The notes under the pieces were generated by a model. The model saw only the letters and a list, made by a program, of their open reading frames with translations, was not told the DNA's origin and made no database searches. From NCBI GenBank assembly GCA_964291215.2, contig OZ219790.1, forward strand, positions 448,001-512,000: a DNA stretch of 64,000 bases. Direction: 5' to 3'. Position 1 is the first letter of the stretch. Each line of letters starts with the position of its first letter. Position numbers and translations under genes: made by a program. Source of the stretch: Alphaproteobacteria bacterium (GTDB lineage Bacteria > Pseudomonadota > Alphaproteobacteria > MPNO01 > UBA830). This document shows positions 1 to 8,339 of this stretch, piece by piece.

Positions 1-281
1 GCGGTCATGTCCGCACTTTTGCGGACAGCGTTGCACGGCGTGGTGCGGAGCGCGGTGTGCGGCGGAGCCGTCACCGGCGAGGCACGGAATGCAGCGGCGG
101 CGAGCCGGGGCGGTGCCCGCAGCCGGCGCAGCCGGCCAGGGCGAGCGGGGCGCGTTCGCCGACGAGCGCGGTGCGCAGCGCCGGCGCGAGGAGACCGTTG
201 CGGTCAGGCGGGCGGTGTGCGCATACGAAAACGGGCCACGCCGCCGCCGGAGCGACGACATGGCCCGTCGAGGTGCTGCGG

Positions 282-1201
282 TCAGGCGGCGCAGCGCTGC
301 ACGGGGATGCCGAGGCTGCGGGCCTTGTCGACGAGGTTGTCGGTGATGCCGGAGCCGGGGAAGGCGATGACGCCCTTCGGCAGGAGGTTGAGCAGTTCGT
401 CGTTGCGGCGGAACGGGGCGGCGCGACCGTGCCTGTCCCAGTCGGGCTTGCAGACGACCTGGTGGACGCCGTTGCGCTCGGCCCAGCTTGCGGCGATCTT
501 CTCGACGCCGGGGCCGCCGCCGTGGACGAGGACGAGGTCGGCATACTTGGCGCGGACCTTGTCGAGGCGCTTGATGACCGCCGCCGGGTTTGCGATGTCC
601 TTTCCGCCGGCGATGGCGACGAGGGTGCCCTGCGGCAGGTGGGCCTGTGTCTTGCGGTCCTTGCGGGCGCGGACGAAGTCGCGGGCGTCGATGGCTGCGG
701 AGGTCAGATGTCCGGTCTGGCTGGCGTGGCTGCCGCGCCGGGGCCGCCAAGTGTCGCCGGTGTCTGCGCGGTAGGCTTCGGCGGCCTCGTTGCGCAAGGT
801 CTCGAAGGCGTCGCGGCGTGCGGTGAGGCACTGTGCGCGGTGAGTTCCAGTTCGAGGGACCTGATCTCGGAGCCGTCCTGTGTGCGCTGGAGGTCCTGGA
901 GTTCGGGGGTGAGCCTGTCGACGCTGCGGTCGAGGCGCTGCGTCTGGGCGTGGAGCATGTTGACGAAGCCCCAGAGCAGGCTCTCGCGTTCGTCTGCCAT
1001 CTGGTAGCCATCGGGCGCGACGCCCTGGCTGAGGATGCGGAAGGCTTCGTTGACGGCGGCGATGGCATCGTCCTCGTCCCAGACGTCGCGGGTGTCGAAC
1101 TCGTCGCGCTCGGGGGTTGCGCCGAAGAGTGCGGCGTTGTCGCAGACGATCGCGGTTGCGGACTGCGCTGCGGTTTCGGTGGTATCGGTATGGAAGGTCA
1201 T
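282..1201 (-). pseudogene. DUF2493 / YspA-related SLOG domain protein, frameshifted near 835
   Basis: N-half in ORF 704..1201 (LLWGFVNMLHAQ...QDGSEIRSLELE); C-half in ORF 282..1463 (VAIAGG...VLVHGGGPGVEKIAASWA...PDWDRHGRAAPFRRND...IAFPGSGIT), a typical plasmid/ICE SLOG protein. Confidence 0.8.
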
Positions 1202-1281
1202 GTCGTTTTCCTTTCGGTTTCACGTTCGGGGCCGATCCCCGTTGTGATGTCCTGTCGGGGCACGCGCGCGCAGCAGAAGCA

Positions 1282-1401
1282 CCCGGGCGTAGAAGCTCTT
1301 GGGCGGAGTGGTGCGGAAAGTCGGCGATGGTGCGGAAGATCGCCCTGCGATCTTCACGGTCGTCGACTTTCACGGTCCGCCCGTAGAGCTTCTTGCCCGG
1401 G
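1282..1401. promoter_or_regulatory. Long imperfect stem-loop upstream of DUF2493 (candidate ssDNA promoter or ssi-like structure)
   Basis: Nested arms CCCGGGC..AGAAGCTCT..GGGCGGA..GAAAGTCG pair with CGACTTTC..TCCGCCC..AGAGCTTCT..GCCCGGG. Confidence 0.5.
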
Positions 1402-1571
1402 CCGCAGGGAGCGGAGCGACCGGAGGACCCCGCAGGGGTTGCTGTCGCGAGCACGTGTGACACGATTGGAGATCACAGCGGGGTGGCGTATTTCTCTCCC
1501 CCTGCACGGACCCCATCGGCGGTTCGGCCGGCACGGCGCCGGGGCGGAGGGTGCCGCCGCCCGCCCTTGAG

Positions 1572-1799
1572 TCAGCCCCACAGGAGATGGGAGTGGACCC
1601 GCTGCCGGGCGGTCTCGCGGATGCGGGCGCGGTCGTGGAGATACACCGGCCCGCGCGGGTCCTCGTCGAGATGTATGGCGAACACCCTGCGCCCCGGCCG
1701 GGTGCTGTCGTCGAAGGCGTGGACATCTCCGACATGGTCGCCGTCCCGGTAGATGCGGGATTCGTCGGGGGCGATGCGGCGGAAGGAGATGGTGCTCAT
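1572..1799 (-). CDS. Small hypothetical protein (75 aa)
   Basis: MSTISFRRIAPDESRIYRDG...; ATG overlaps the TGA of the upstream DUF4326 gene (ATGA coupling). Confidence 0.6.
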   Translation of the reverse strand: MSTISFRRIAPDESRIYRDGDHVGDVHAFDDSTRPGRRVFAIHLDEDPRGPVYLHDRARIRETARQRVHSHLLWG

Positions 1800-2146
1800 G
1801 ACGCGCCTCCTTCCGTCCGGCCGGTGTTGCGCTGCGCCAGCTGCCCGGATGCCCATTCTGCGGCCCGGGCGAGGACATCGCCGTGGCAGGGCAGCGGCTC
1901 GCACCAGCAGGCGAGCCAGCAGCCGTCCAGTTCGGCCAGCTCTTCGAGGGTAATCTCGCCCGCGCGGATGCGACGCCAGAGGTCGGCGCGGTAGCGGGTG
2001 ATCGCCTGCGCGCGGTCCTGGCCGATGCGGAACGGATTGCCCCATTTGGTGCGGCGGTCGATCAGCACGGTGTTGTCGACGACATGCGCGTATTCGAACT
2101 CTTCGCGCAGCCGGGTCTCGGTCTTCAGGTTGACGACGGCTTTCAT
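1796..2146 (-). CDS. DUF4326 domain protein
   Basis: IDRRTKWGNPF...LACWCEPLPCHGDVL signature; GGAG upstream. Confidence 0.85.
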   Translation of the reverse strand: MKAVVNLKTETRLREEFEYAHVVDNTVLIDRRTKWGNPFRIGQDRAQAITRYRADLWRRIRAGEITLEELAELDGCWLACWCEPLPCHGDVLARAAEWASGQLAQRNTGRTEGGAS

Positions 2147-2172
2147 GGACTCCCTCCACTCTTCAGGTCGGC

Positions 2173-3282
2173 TTACCCGACCCTCCGCTCTCCTCTTCCT
2201 CCCCCGGACCGGGAGCCCGCGCCGGCCTGCGGGCCGGTGGCGCAGGAGGGGGTGCGGAACAGCGGCGCGAAGCGGGCGCGGAGCGTTGCCGGGCCGAGGG
2301 CGACGAGGTCGTCGTTGAAGTCGTTGCCGGCGGGCAGGATCACCGTGGCGGCGACGCCGGCCCGCGCGCAGCGCCGGGCGAGGCGTTCGGCCGCGAGCGC
2401 GCCGTGCCCGTCATTGTCCTGCGCGATGACCAGCCGCGCGAGGCCGGGCGGCGGCGCGAACGCGCCGAGGCTCCCGGCGGAGAGCGCGGCGGCGGCCGTG
2501 ATCTCGGGCACGGCGGCGACCAGCGAGAGTACCGTCTCGATGCCCTCGCCGACGACGAGCGGTGCGTGACCGGCAGGCGCGCCGAAGCGCACCGCGAGGC
2601 CGTGGATGCGTCCGAGCGCCTTGCGCGGCGACGGCCGCCTTGGCGGGCGCGCGGGGATCGAGCCAGGTGCGCTGCACGCCGAGGACGGCGCCGTCGTCGC
2701 CGGTGACGGCGGCGACCAGCGCCGGGAAGCAGCGCACCGCCGGGCCTTCGCGGTAGCGAAGCTCCGGGTGATAGCGCAGCGCCGCGAAACGGCAGCGCGC
2801 GAGGCCCCGGGCGTGGAGATAACGCTCGGCATGGGTGGCGTCGATGGCGCGGCAGCGCCGCCACAGGCGGCGGGCAGCCTCTGTCGCGTCCCAGGGTGCG
2901 TCCGGGGTTCCCGGATACCCGGAACAGGTCCGGGCACTGTCCGGGGCAGGCTCCAGGGCGAGGAAGGCGCGCGCCTCGTCGAGCGCCGCGCGCAGCGTCG
3001 GCGCGCCCGAGCGGTAGCGGACCAGATCGAGCAGGTCGCCGTGCGTGCCCCGGGCCGCATCGGTCCACTTCCCCGGCGTGCCGGGTCCTGGAGGGACATC
3101 CCGAACGCCGGTTCCGGGAAGAGGCTTGCGAAGCCGTGCACCGGACAGGCCGCGCCCCTGTCGGGGCAGCGGATGGCGCGCTCGTCCTCGGCGGTCTCGC
3201 GGACGGTGCGACGGTCGACGCCGAGTTCGGCGAGCAGGTCGCAGCCGAGCGGAAGGTCGAGGGATGTATCGGGATGAAACAT
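2173..3282 (-). pseudogene. Toprim-domain (DUF7146 / primase-like) protein of conjugative elements, frameshifted
   Basis: GKWTDAA..GDLLDL, ERYLHARG, LRYHP, ALVAAVT..GVQRTWL in one frame; VVGEGIET..SL and IAQDND..G, NDFND in another. Confidence 0.8.
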
Positions 3283-3372
3283 GGGCGGGAACTCCTCTGC
3301 CGGTGTCCGATCCGGCATCGGCGCGGGGAGTTTCTCTCCTCCGCCCTGCCGGACACTCGCCCGGCAGGCGCC

Positions 3373-3918
3373 TCACTCCTCTCTACGCGGGGGGACGGCG
3401 CGGCGGATCGCGGCCAGGCGCTCGCAGACGGCGCGCGGCGGCATCGACCCCAGGTTCAGCACCGGGATGCCGCGGGTCCGGGCGATGCGGATGGCCATGC
3501 CCGTGCCGCCGATTGACGCGCCGCGTTCGCTCCAGCACATGACCGCATCGACCGGGCGCTCCAGGGTCCCGCCGAGCACCACCGCCGCGTTCCGGGCATG
3601 CAGCTTGCGCACGGCCGGCGAACAGTGCTCCCAGGCCGGATGCAGGGGCGCCGCGATCTCCAGGCTTGCCGCCATCGCCGCCGGAGACAGGGTCCGGCAG
3701 TCGGCGCCGCGATGCCCGTTATAGCCCCGCCACGGCAGCCAGATCGTCCGCTGCTCTGCTGACGCTCCCGCCGCAAACGCCGCATCGGCGCCGCCCGCTC
3801 CGCCGCTCGACAGATGCCAGCCGGTCCGAGCCAGCCATCCCGCCATCGTGGTCATGTCGGCCAGCATCCCCGTCGGCGTCGCCCGCGCCCCGATCCCCGC
3901 ATAGGTCAATGTCGTCAT
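3373..3918 (-). CDS. DprA/Smf-related SLOG family protein (phage/plasmid type)
   Basis: YAGIGARATP, LSSGGAGGADAAF, LPWRGYNG, LHARN, GGTGMAIRIA...IPVLNL. Confidence 0.75.
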   Translation of the reverse strand: MTTLTYAGIGARATPTGMLADMTTMAGWLARTGWHLSSGGAGGADAAFAAGASAEQRTIWLPWRGYNGHRGADCRTLSPAAMAASLEIAAPLHPAWEHCSPAVRKLHARNAAVVLGGTLERPVDAVMCWSERGASIGGTGMAIRIARTRGIPVLNLGSMPPRAVCERLAAIRRAVPPRREE

Positions 3919-4267
3919 GGTCCGATCTCCCCGGTTGCGTCCGCCGCGACTCCCTCCCGGTCAACGGCTTCGCTCCCGAACCGCCTTTCTCCACCTCTGC
4001 GGCGCGAACGGGTCGGCCTCGCCTGCATTGCCGCGCTGCCCGGGGCATCGGTGCGCATGAACGGGCGGGGATCGATGGCGCGGCGCGGCGCGGGTGACGA
4101 CAGACGGCGGCGGGCCGGCAGCGGAGCATGGCCGCCATGTGCGAGCCCCCATGGGTCGCCGGACAGCACGGGCCGGCGGCGCAGCAGGAAGACGAACACG
4201 GTCGGGCCGCCTGTTCCGTCCGGCGAAGGCGACATGGCGAAGGCAACGATCGGAGGGCGGTTCAGCC

Positions 4268-4379
4268 TCAGTGCCACGGCTCGCTGTCGGGATCGCCGTC
4301 CTCGGCGCGCATGGAGGCGGCAACCATGGCGGTCCAGGCTTCGCGGTCGTAACCGAGCCTTCGGTTCAGTTTGTCGCAG
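4268..4379 (-). pseudogene. 3' part of a small gene interrupted by the RIT element
   Basis: Reads CDKLNRRLGYDREAWTAMVAASMRAEDGDPDSEPWH* and joins in frame to 8092..8255 across the shared TCGCAG. Confidence 0.7.
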
Positions 4380-4405
4380 CTATGGAAAGCTTTCCATAGC
4401 TGCGA
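4374..4405. repeat. Perfect 32-bp palindrome at the RIT left junction
   Basis: TCGCAGCTATGGAAAG|CTTTCCATAGCTGCGA. Confidence 0.95.
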
Positions 4406-4528
4406 TTATGGTGACAACAAGACTATGGTGAGTTGCAGAGATAAAGCCTTGAAATAAAGAGCGAGTCGCTCCGGATCGCTTTCCATAGTATCAGCATTCT
4501 CCTCGCGTCAACCCAATTGCGAAGGAGA

Positions 4529-6100
4529 ATGAAAATGCGATCAATAAGCGAACCAGGGTGTTCATGGCACGTCATCAACGACCTGCATGCCGGGTTGTTG
4601 TCGGAGTTTCACATTTATCTGCAACAAGCAGGTAATTCTGAGAACTCCATCCGGTTTTATCTCGGTACAGCAAGGCATTTCCTAGCTTGGCTGAAGGCGG
4701 ACGGGACCACGCTGGAAACCATTGATAATTCAGTTCTGTTAGCTTTCCGGGACCATGATTGCGACTGTTTCGTGTCGACGCAAGGGTTTCCATGGCCGAA
4801 GCGGGAACCCGGGCTTGGCAAGACAAGCATGTTGCAGGCTATCCGCTTTGTGAATTTCCTGGAAAGCAGCGGCAGAACCTGGCATCCCGGCGAGATTCGA
4901 ATTGGCATTCAATACCTTGAAGATTATAGCGAACAATGTTCGGAACTGGGGTATCGAGAAAGGACCCTTCGTGACTTGAAGTTTTACATCCGCCACTTTC
5001 TGGTGTGGCTCTACCGAACAAGAACTTCGATAAAGTCGATCAACTCGAACATTATAGAGTCGTTTCTCAGTCACGACTGCTTGTGCCACAACTACGCTTT
5101 AACCCCCAACAAGCTCAGAAGGGCCAAGACCTGCGAATCGACTGTCAAGGACTTTGCAAATTACCTCGCCGAGCAGGGTGTCGCATCAGCGGCCGCTGCG
5201 AAATCACAGCAAGGAAGACCTCGAAAACTGGAGGGGTTTTGCGTCTGGCTTGAACAGCATCGCGGCATATCAACATCGACCATCGAGGTACATGATCACT
5301 ATGCGTCGATTGTTGTCGGCAATCTTGGAACCGACACGAACCAGTACGATGCCGCTTTGGTCCGTCAAGTTCTGCTCCGCGAATTTGCCAGTAGCGGCTT
5401 GGGCCGTGCGAAGGCCATGACTTGTTCCACACGCATGTACCTGCGCTTTCTCGCGTCGACCGGTGCGTGTTCTCCTGGCCTCGTCAACTCAGTTCCATCC
5501 CCAGCGTTTTGGCGGCTCTCGACGCTGCCGCGTTACATACCCATGGAAGATGTCGAACAGATGATCGCATCCTGCGATGTGAACACGCCTGGAGGCGTGC
5601 GTGATCGCGCCATCCTGCTTCTACTTGCGAGGTTGGGTCTGCGTGCTGGAGATATCTGCGAACTTGGGCCCTCGGACATCGATTGGGTCAACGCCGAAAT
5701 CCATGTCTGCGGCAAGACGAGGCGGTCTGTGGCATTGCCGCTCCCACAAGACGTTGGCGATGCGGTGTTGCATTACATTCGCACAGCTCGTCCGACCGCC
5801 GCGACATCAAAGCTGTTTCTGTGCCTGAATGCGCCACATCGGCCTTTCGCCGATTCCAGCGCTGTGTCGATGATAGTCGCGGCCGCCCTCAAGCGCGCAG
5901 GTATAAATAGGCCACGCGGTCGAGGTGCCCATCTTCTGCGCCATTCTCTGGCCACAGACATGCTCCGCTCCGGTGCATCGATGGATACCATAGGAGCGTT
6001 GCTTCGGCACAAGTCTCGGGAAACCACCGCGATCTACGCCAAAGTCGACGTTCCCATGCTCGAAAGTGTGGCTCAGCCGTGGGTCGGAGGCGACCGATGA
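4529..6100 (+). CDS. Tyrosine recombinase RitA-like, with long N-terminus
   Basis: RDRAIL..LGLRAGD, HLLRHS, LRH, IYAKVD catalytic motifs; AAGGAG RBS. Confidence 0.92.
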   Translation: MKMRSISEPGCSWHVINDLHAGLLSEFHIYLQQAGNSENSIRFYLGTARHFLAWLKADGTTLETIDNSVLLAFRDHDCDCFVSTQGFPWPKREPGLGKTSMLQAIRFVNFLESSGRTWHPGEIRIGIQYLEDYSEQCSELGYRERTLRDLKFYIRHFLVWLYRTRTSIKSINSNIIESFLSHDCLCHNYALTPNKLRRAKTCESTVKDFANYLAEQGVASAAAAKSQQGRPRKLEGFCVWLEQHRGISTSTIEVHDHYASIVVGNLGTDTNQYDAALVRQVLLREFASSGLGRAKAMTCSTRMYLRFLASTGACSPGLVNSVPSPAFWRLSTLPRYIPMEDVEQMIASCDVNTPGGVRDRAILLLLARLGLRAGDICELGPSDIDWVNAEIHVCGKTRRSVALPLPQDVGDAVLHYIRTARPTAATSKLFLCLNAPHRPFADSSAVSMIVAAALKRAGINRPRGRGAHLLRHSLATDMLRSGASMDTIGALLRHKSRETTAIYAKVDVPMLESVAQPWVGGDR

Positions 6101-7017
6101 CCATGACTTATCACGTCGAGCGCTACGTCGCTCTCAAACGCCATCTTGGCTTCAAGTTCGTCGGGCAGGGACGAATCCTGGGGACCTACGCCAAGCATGC
6201 GGACGATCACGGCGATGAGTTCATTCTTTGCAACCGGATGATCGAAGCGGCGACCGGAACCGCGAAACTTCCGACCATAAGGACGAGGCTCGCGTTTCTC
6301 CGGAATTTTGCCTTGTGGCTCCACTCAGAAGACGAACGCCACGAAGTCTTGCCCCGGAATGTGCTTGGCCAGCCGGAAACACGACGGCGAACGCCATGCC
6401 TGATGACGCCGGAGGAAATCCGGAAAGTGATGAACGCGGCACTGGACTTGCCGCCTGCGGGTTCAATTACGCCGCACAGCATTTACTACATGATCGGACT
6501 CGCCGCGGCCACGGGAATGCGAGCAAGCGAGGTCGTTTTGCTGACGATATCGGACCTCACCCCCGACGGTGTTGTTATCCAGGAGACAAAGTTCAAGAAA
6601 TCAAGGCTCGTTCCCTTGCACCTTACCGTTCGCAGAGCTCTCGAACGGTATCTGGAGATCCGGAGGCAGAACGGAGCTGTCCACGACCGCCTGTTCGTTC
6701 TATCGAACGGCAATCCGGTTCAACCCGGGTACCTGTCCCAGAAGTTCACCGAACTGGCGATAAAGACAGGAATCAAAAAGGGGCCGGGCGAGGGACCCAG
6801 CTTTCACAGTTTGCGCCATACCTTCGCGGTCAGATCTCTGGAAACGGCCGATACGACCGATCACGCAGACATTAGTCGGCACATCGTGGCTTTGACTACC
6901 TATCTCGGCCACGCTCACATGTCGAGCACCTACTGGTACCTGGAGGCCACTCCGACTCTGCTCCAGTCAATCTCCGACGCTGTCGAGAACGCACATGTGA
7001 AAGGGGTATCGCGATGA
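6097..7017 (+). CDS. Tyrosine recombinase RitB-like
   Basis: TGMRASE, TKFKKSR, HSLRHTF, YLGH, TYWYL; ATGA overlap with RitA. Confidence 0.92.
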   Translation: MTMTYHVERYVALKRHLGFKFVGQGRILGTYAKHADDHGDEFILCNRMIEAATGTAKLPTIRTRLAFLRNFALWLHSEDERHEVLPRNVLGQPETRRRTPCLMTPEEIRKVMNAALDLPPAGSITPHSIYYMIGLAAATGMRASEVVLLTISDLTPDGVVIQETKFKKSRLVPLHLTVRRALERYLEIRRQNGAVHDRLFVLSNGNPVQPGYLSQKFTELAIKTGIKKGPGEGPSFHSLRHTFAVRSLETADTTDHADISRHIVALTTYLGHAHMSSTYWYLEATPTLLQSISDAVENAHVKGVSR

Positions 7018-8006
7018 CGGACCTTGCCCCTTACATCTCTATGTTCCTGCAGCAGCATCTGCCGCGTGACCGAAACGTCAGCCGCCATACAATCGCGAGT
7101 TACGCATACACCTTCGAGTTACTTGTCGACTTCGCCGCGGACAGGTTGGGAATCTGGCCGTCCGAAATGGCGATCGAGCAGATTACGGTAGAACTGGTTC
7201 TCGACTTCCTCGATAGTCTTGAAAAAGAGCGTCAGAATACGGTCCGGACCCGTAATCTCAGGCTTGCGGCGATCAAGTCGTTCTTCCGGTATCTGGAGTT
7301 CAAGGTCCCCGCATGCCTGCATCTGGCGCAACGCGTTCATGCGATCCCCATAAAGAGCTTCGACCAAGCCTTGGTCGATTACCTCGAACGCGATGAGCTG
7401 CAAGCGGTACTGGATGCTCCGGACCCGACGACCGTGAATGGCGTACGGGATCGAGCAATGCTGCACTTGACCTACGCCGCGGGCTTGCGGGTCTCCGAAC
7501 TCATCGGGCTCAAGTGCAACGATATAGCTCCCAATCCGGGGTGGGTTCATGTGATGGGAAAGGGCGACCGCAAATTGCCGGTAAGGAAGGAGACGCGCTC
7601 GCTCTTGGAGGACTGGCTGGCTGTACGGCCGGACTGTATCAGTGACCATCTCTTCCTGAACGCTCGGGGGCGGGCGATGACCCGACATGGGTTCGCGCAC
7701 CGATTGGCTATCCATGTCGCTGCAGCAAAGCAGATAGTGCCGTCGATTGCAGAAAAGCGGGTCAGTCCGCATGTCATTCGACATTCCTGCGCGATCCATA
7801 CCTTGGAAGTGGTCAGAGATCCGCGAAAGGTGTCGTTGTGGCTAGGTCATGCAAGTGTGCAGTCCACCGAAATCTATCTGCGCGCCGAACCGATCCAGAA
7901 ACTCGAAATGCTGGGCGAAATGGTTCCGCCACATATCAGGAAAGGCAGATTCAATAATGTGCCAGACCACTTGATCGCAATGTTCCGTGATCTCAAGAGG
8001 GTCTAA
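7014..8006 (+). CDS. Tyrosine recombinase RitC-like
   Basis: RTRNLRLAAIKSFF, AGLRVSE, HVIRHS, WLGH, TEIY; ATGA overlap. Confidence 0.92.
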   Translation: MTDLAPYISMFLQQHLPRDRNVSRHTIASYAYTFELLVDFAADRLGIWPSEMAIEQITVELVLDFLDSLEKERQNTVRTRNLRLAAIKSFFRYLEFKVPACLHLAQRVHAIPIKSFDQALVDYLERDELQAVLDAPDPTTVNGVRDRAMLHLTYAAGLRVSELIGLKCNDIAPNPGWVHVMGKGDRKLPVRKETRSLLEDWLAVRPDCISDHLFLNARGRAMTRHGFAHRLAIHVAAAKQIVPSIAEKRVSPHVIRHSCAIHTLEVVRDPRKVSLWLGHASVQSTEIYLRAEPIQKLEMLGEMVPPHIRKGRFNNVPDHLIAMFRDLKRV

Positions 8007-8091
8007 CGCTATGGAGATAGTTAAGGCCCTGAAATCCAATGATCACAGGGCCTTATCTCTGCAACTCACCATAGTCTTGTTGTCACCATAA

Positions 8092-8255
8092 TCGCAGATG
8101 TTCAGGGCATCGTCGAGGTCGAGGGCGATGAGCGCGGTGGGGACATGCCCGGCGAGGCCTTCGATGACGATCCTGATCTGCTGGGCATCGACTTCGACGT
8201 CCCAGGCGGGGCAGAAACAGAAGTTCGGATTGTCCGGCAGGGTCTGCGCGGTCAT
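8092..8255 (-). pseudogene. 5' part of the small gene interrupted by the RIT element
   Basis: MTAQTLPDNPNFCFCPAW...DDALNICD, preceded by AAGGAG; runs into the RIT inverted repeat. Confidence 0.7.
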
Positions 8256-8339
8256 GGCGTCGGTCTCCTTGTCGGGTCGCCCGGCCGGCATCATGGATTC
8301 TGGCGGGCGGCGGCGCGAGCCTGTCTTCGGGTGGGTTCG

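Larger units (their letters stand above)
4380..8097 (+). mobile_element. RIT element (Recombinase In Trio)
   Basis: Three overlapping tyrosine recombinase genes; perfect 45-bp inverted repeats 4400-4444 and 8053-8097; flanking direct repeat TCGCAG (4374-4379, 8092-8097); lower GC than the flanks. Confidence 0.93.
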
